DNA of 53,530 bases, the filler included, from Sphacelaria rigidula (lineage: Eukaryota): the NCBI GenBank assembly GCA_964200075.2. It is 4 parts of 4 records of this genome, joined end to end, with 100 filler letters (N's around TTAATTAATTAA, not from the genome) between each part and the next. Parts side by side here need not be neighbours in the genome. Positions count along the whole stretch, not along the records: positions 40,225 to 53,530 come from CAXNAA020002979.1; 3 more parts are not named here. The stretch is one strand, 5' to 3'. The notes below the pieces were generated by a model. The model was given only the letters and a program-made list of their open reading frames with translations. It was not told the DNA's origin and did not search any database. A program made the position numbers and the translations under genes. Below, one piece after another: positions 49,702-53,530 of this stretch. Every line of letters starts with the position of its first letter. Positions within the stretch are counted from its first letter, which is position 1.

Positions 49702-49911
49702 CTCTCCATCCATCTTGGTCAGCACCTTCATCGTGTCCTCATTCAAGCTAAGCTCTGGATCTCGACTTTCTGACACCGTATCCACGTTGCCTTACCCGCC
49801 CTCACCTCCTCCCCCTCCTGCTGCTCCTCCTCCATCTTCTTAAGCTTCTTTCGCCTTCGGCTTCGGTGCCCACTTCAGTAACGTCCGACGAGAACCCGAT
49901 CGTTCGCGTGC
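49702..49911 (-). pseudogene. Orphan decayed exon
   Basis: CAG|...|GTAATT-bounded segment reading ARERSGSRRTLLKWAPKPKAKEA*EDGGG...*GNVD...MKVLTKMMER, with two in-frame TAA. Product unknown. Confidence 0.3.
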
Positions 49912-51773
49912 CTGCTGATATATATATATATATATATCCAATATCAATTGCTGTGTGTCATCATCGATTGGTGTCACCGTAGTAAATACAAGGGTGCTTC
50001 GCGGCGGGCCGCTAAGGCGACCCGTCGCTTCGCTCGTACGCCGCATGCGATGTCGAGTGTTGTAGTAGTATTCGCAATTTTGCGTGTTGTAGGTGATGAC
50101 TAGTGGAAATAATTTTGTTGATGGAAAGCAACTGTTGTTGATGCAGTTGCAGCAGTAGCACAGGAGAAGTAGATGCATATGTGCGTGGTCGAGGCCGCAG
50201 AATGGTAAAAATTGAAACGTTGGTTGGTATTGATGCAAAATGGAGACGTTGTTCCGCTCGTCGAAGCTGGCATTGATATATTGTTTTATTATTGCGGACG
50301 TCGGTACTCTGGGACAACGTAGGCCATCTGCTACTACTACATAGTGGCCCGGCCCATTATATACATCACTCCTCTATTCTCCTCTATAACCTACCAATAT
50401 TGTTGGGTCCTCTGAACCAAAGTAATCAGCGCTGACTACTTTGGTTCCGAAGATAGTCCCTCTGACCTACCCTAACGATTCAATTTGGTACAGAGGATAG
50501 CAAGTGTTAGGTTAGAGGGGCTATCCTCTGAACCGAAGTAATCAGGTATTGAGACGGCGGGACGAAAAACAGAGAAATGCCCCAATTTCGCCGTATATCC
50601 TCCGGCCAATGAAACAAGATGAAAACCCTGGAAGCAACCAACGACAAACAGCAGAGTAGTGTAGCAGCATGACTCGTGCGACCGGTGTTGCGACGATGGA
50701 CGCACGCTGTCTCGCGACAGTCATGACGGTCGAGAACCAAAAAGAGACAAAAAAAAGAGAGCGTGACCGCGGGACTGTAGGATGACCCCAACAGACTGGT
50801 CGTTGTAAAGAAACAGGGCTGTGGTTGCAGCGCGTGTGGGAGACCGCGGAGACGCGACGTTGCCACCTCGCTAGCGCTGCGCGACGGCCGCGGCGAGGGC
50901 GATCCGCACGCGGGCAAGGCTCTCGCGACTGAGGGCTATCGCTGCGCGCAAGCCTCGCGGCGAAACGAGGCCGAGCGGCGGAGAAATCGCAGATAAACAG
51001 CTCTAGGGCGCTGAGAGCGCACGGATGCTCAATGAAGCAAGCTGAGCGCTCGAGCATGAAGGTATATAGGTTCATGTTCTCCGAATATTCAATCATCTTA
51101 TTCATTCTCGAGTCTTGGAAATGTTTTCCTCGTGAAACCCAGGTTCAACATCATACAAAGCCTTTACTCGGCAGAGCGGGGGGAAAAAGAAACTATGAAA
51201 ATGGTGAAAATAGATGGGTCAACTTTCTTTCGTCTAGGTCAAAATACTCGTCTCGTGCAAAACAAATGCCGCCACTCTCTCTAGTGGAGCGTCGTAGCAC
51301 AGCGTCAAGGTAGCAGCTATCACTCTGGTGACATCATACATTCCCGAGGCACCTTTAAATCTTCATTTGTGGCAGTCCCACGCCTCAGTGGTACAAATCT
51401 ACTCCCCCTGACACATAAGTTAGCTCGATTAAAGTGCGCAGATCATATCTCTTGAACGGAAGAGCGTGCGATGCTATAGTAAGGATATTTGCAAAGCTAC
51501 AGTCACGGAGATGCTCATGAATAAAAATAAATCCGAGTTGCTATTATTGAGAATCTGTGGAGTCAACATACCCTATTTTGGCCAATATTTTGGGAATTTG
51601 TTTAGAATGCTTTTGAGATTTTTTTCGATATTTGTTTCAGAGCACTTGAATAAAAGCCCGTTTACCGTCCACCTTCATGGCACAACTACGACGGAGACCG
51701 TAAGCACCCCCCCGCGTCGCCAGCGAGCGTTGAGATGTCATTGGGCCGCCGCTATGCCCTGGCGATGGAGGTA

Positions 51774-52667
51774 CAGTAGTCAGCGTCAGAAGTATGCAGA
51801 ATTCGTAATTTCTTACTTTCTCAGAGATTTTCCAAATTTGTTTCGCTTGCTACCGCTCATCACAGTGACTGTTGAATGCCATAAAATAGGCATCTGGAGA
51901 TATTTTTATCCTCTTGACAAATATTGAAAGAAAAAATATCGGCGATCAATATTGAGTGACTTACGTGCTTGACCGATCTTCGGGGGTCCTGCGAAAGTGC
52001 AACCCCAGGTTCTAGCTTTTTGGTATTTTCGCTGGACCGACTCGATCTCGATCACGTAAATGAAGACTTAAAAATGACTATTGTTTCGAAATTCCACCTG
52101 TTCACTGCGGTCACGCCGGAGATCTATGTTTCTTGGACCATTCACGGTCAGTGACACCCTCCTGATAAACGGGGTACCTAGCCCGTATTGCCCCCACAAC
52201 ATCAACTTGGGCACTGTGATTTGAGCACGGTCTGCTTCTTTTGCCGAAAATATCGACGCCTGCACTTCCGAGTGCTCATGGAAAATGTTATGCGGAAAAA
52301 AAACGAAAAGAGGCCATCCGCAGAAAATGCTTGACTGAGGTCTGTGCAGTATAGGAAGGAAACACGATCTCGATCGTTACTGTGAAGAATTGTATACGTA
52401 ATCATTTATCCGAATAATCATCGTTTCGTTGCGGAAGAGCCGGAAAAATGTTTTTGTTCGACCAAAAACGGTTAATGACAACCTCCTGATGAACGGGGTA
52501 CCTAGTCCGTATCGCCCTCAAAACACCAGCTTGGGCACTGCAGTTTGAGCGCGACCTACGCTTTCCCCTATATCTACCGGCGCTAGCACTTTCAAGTAGT
52601 AACGAGGGATATACTCGAGAAAAACTCAAGAACTACGAATTCTGAAAACTTCTGATGCTGACTACTT
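51774..52667. mobile_element. Tc1/mariner-type non-autonomous element
   Basis: TA|CAGTAGTCAGCGTCAGAAGTATGCAGAATTCGTA vs right end TACGAATTCTGAAAACTTCTGATGCTGACTACT. Internal ~85-bp direct repeat at 52153 and 52478. Confidence 0.75.
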
Positions 52668-52944
52668 TGGAAAAGAATACAGCTGCTGCACGTCAGGGTG
52701 GAAGGTTTAGGGATCGGCTTCTGCCAGGTACGGTAATGTTTTGAGCAAAATCTTGTTGTGCACCCGTTAGTTTCGAGGCTTTATTCCATTGACCGCTTAG
52801 CTTTGACGAGTTTTACATTTGCGTCATCACAAGCAAGTACACGAGCTTTGAAAGTGTGCATGAATTGCTCCGGTCACGTATAAAGTGTGCCGATTACGAG
52901 GGAAACGCTTGTGGGTGTGGGTGTGGGTGTGAGTGTTGAGTTGA

Positions 52945-53260
52945 GTTGTGTTGTGCGTGCATGTTGTCACCCCATCTATTCTGGACGCCAGTCTACACCC
53001 TTGGGATTATGTGGGCGCATCAGCCGGGGTCACACAGGAGGGAAGTGAACGCAGAGTTCATTGTCTTTTTTTCTCCAAGATTATGTTACGTATTGAGCCC
53101 TTCACCTTCCTTGTCCCATGGTTGCCTTCCTTCTTCATCGCGAGGAGGGTTCAGTGGTCCCTTTTCCTCGTCGATGGTTAAGTCACACTTCCTGTACCCA
53201 CGACATAGTCCCTGTCCACCGTTCGACACGATGTGACAAGATTCTCAGGATGCCCGAGGA
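52945..53260 (-). mobile_element. tRNA-derived SINE body (head missing or decayed)
   Basis: CCATCTATTCTGGACGCCAG, CAGCCGGGGTCACACAGGAG and GTACCCACGACATAGTC are shared with 12092-12439. Confidence 0.8.
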
Positions 53261-53441
53261 AAATCATGTTCAAGAAGCGAACAGTTTTACCCATTGAACC
53301 ACTGAGCGCTCACTGTTTCAATTGTTATAACTGTTCGCTTCTTGAACAAAATGCGATTGAGTATCGCCGATCCCGACTGCCGTAGGTTCGCCTCCGGGGA
53401 CTGCCAAGCGGCCATCATCTTGTCCACGTTTTTCTCCAGTC

Positions 53442-53530
53442 GCCGGTGGACATCCCTTTCAACGTCTAGGCGCAGCTCGTGCGACGTTTGCATGAGCTGC
53501 GTCTAGACGTTGAAAGGGATGTCCACCGGC
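53442..53530. repeat. Near-perfect palindrome running to the contig end
   Basis: 43-bp arms around a 3-nt loop (centre 53486). The three mismatches are all G:T on the + strand. Confidence 0.9.

Noticed and set aside
51056-51066. ATGAAG|GT as the first LHCF exon
   Set aside because: It is on the + strand, whereas the LHCF gene is on the minus strand.
1-53530. Most short ORFs in the six-frame track
   Set aside because: They overlap in many frames, often start at GTG/TTG and fall in repeats or introns; this is expected noise in eukaryotic DNA.

Overview
This is eukaryotic, repeat-rich nuclear DNA, most likely from a brown alga (Phaeophyceae). The evidence is an intron-containing fucoxanthin-chlorophyll a/c binding (LHCF-type) gene, GT-AG introns and a recurrent tRNA-derived SINE. 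The window is not one locus: it is four contigs of 13311, 13307, 13306 and 13306 bp joined by artificial 100-bp spacers (N44-TTAATTAATTAA-N44). Contig 1 holds three members of a non-autonomous TIR family (CAC termini, 8-bp TSD, strict 43-bp internal periodicity), nested in each other and in a SINE, plus nested piggyBac-type MITEs. Contig 2 holds exons of an MFSD5/MOT2-like molybdate transporter (minus strand) and a four-exon BED-finger hAT transposase pseudogene with MITEs in its introns. Contig 3 is dominated by a ~10.6-kb element with ~0.7-kb TIRs and two convergent decayed genes: a probable MULE/NOF-like DDE transposase, and a partner resembling the P-element transposase C-terminus plus a SAP-like motif. 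Contig 4 holds an LHCF copy with degenerate helix-1 ligands, several MITEs and SINEs, and a terminal hairpin whose only mismatches are G-U pairs. All family assignments are by eye from motifs; no searches were run.
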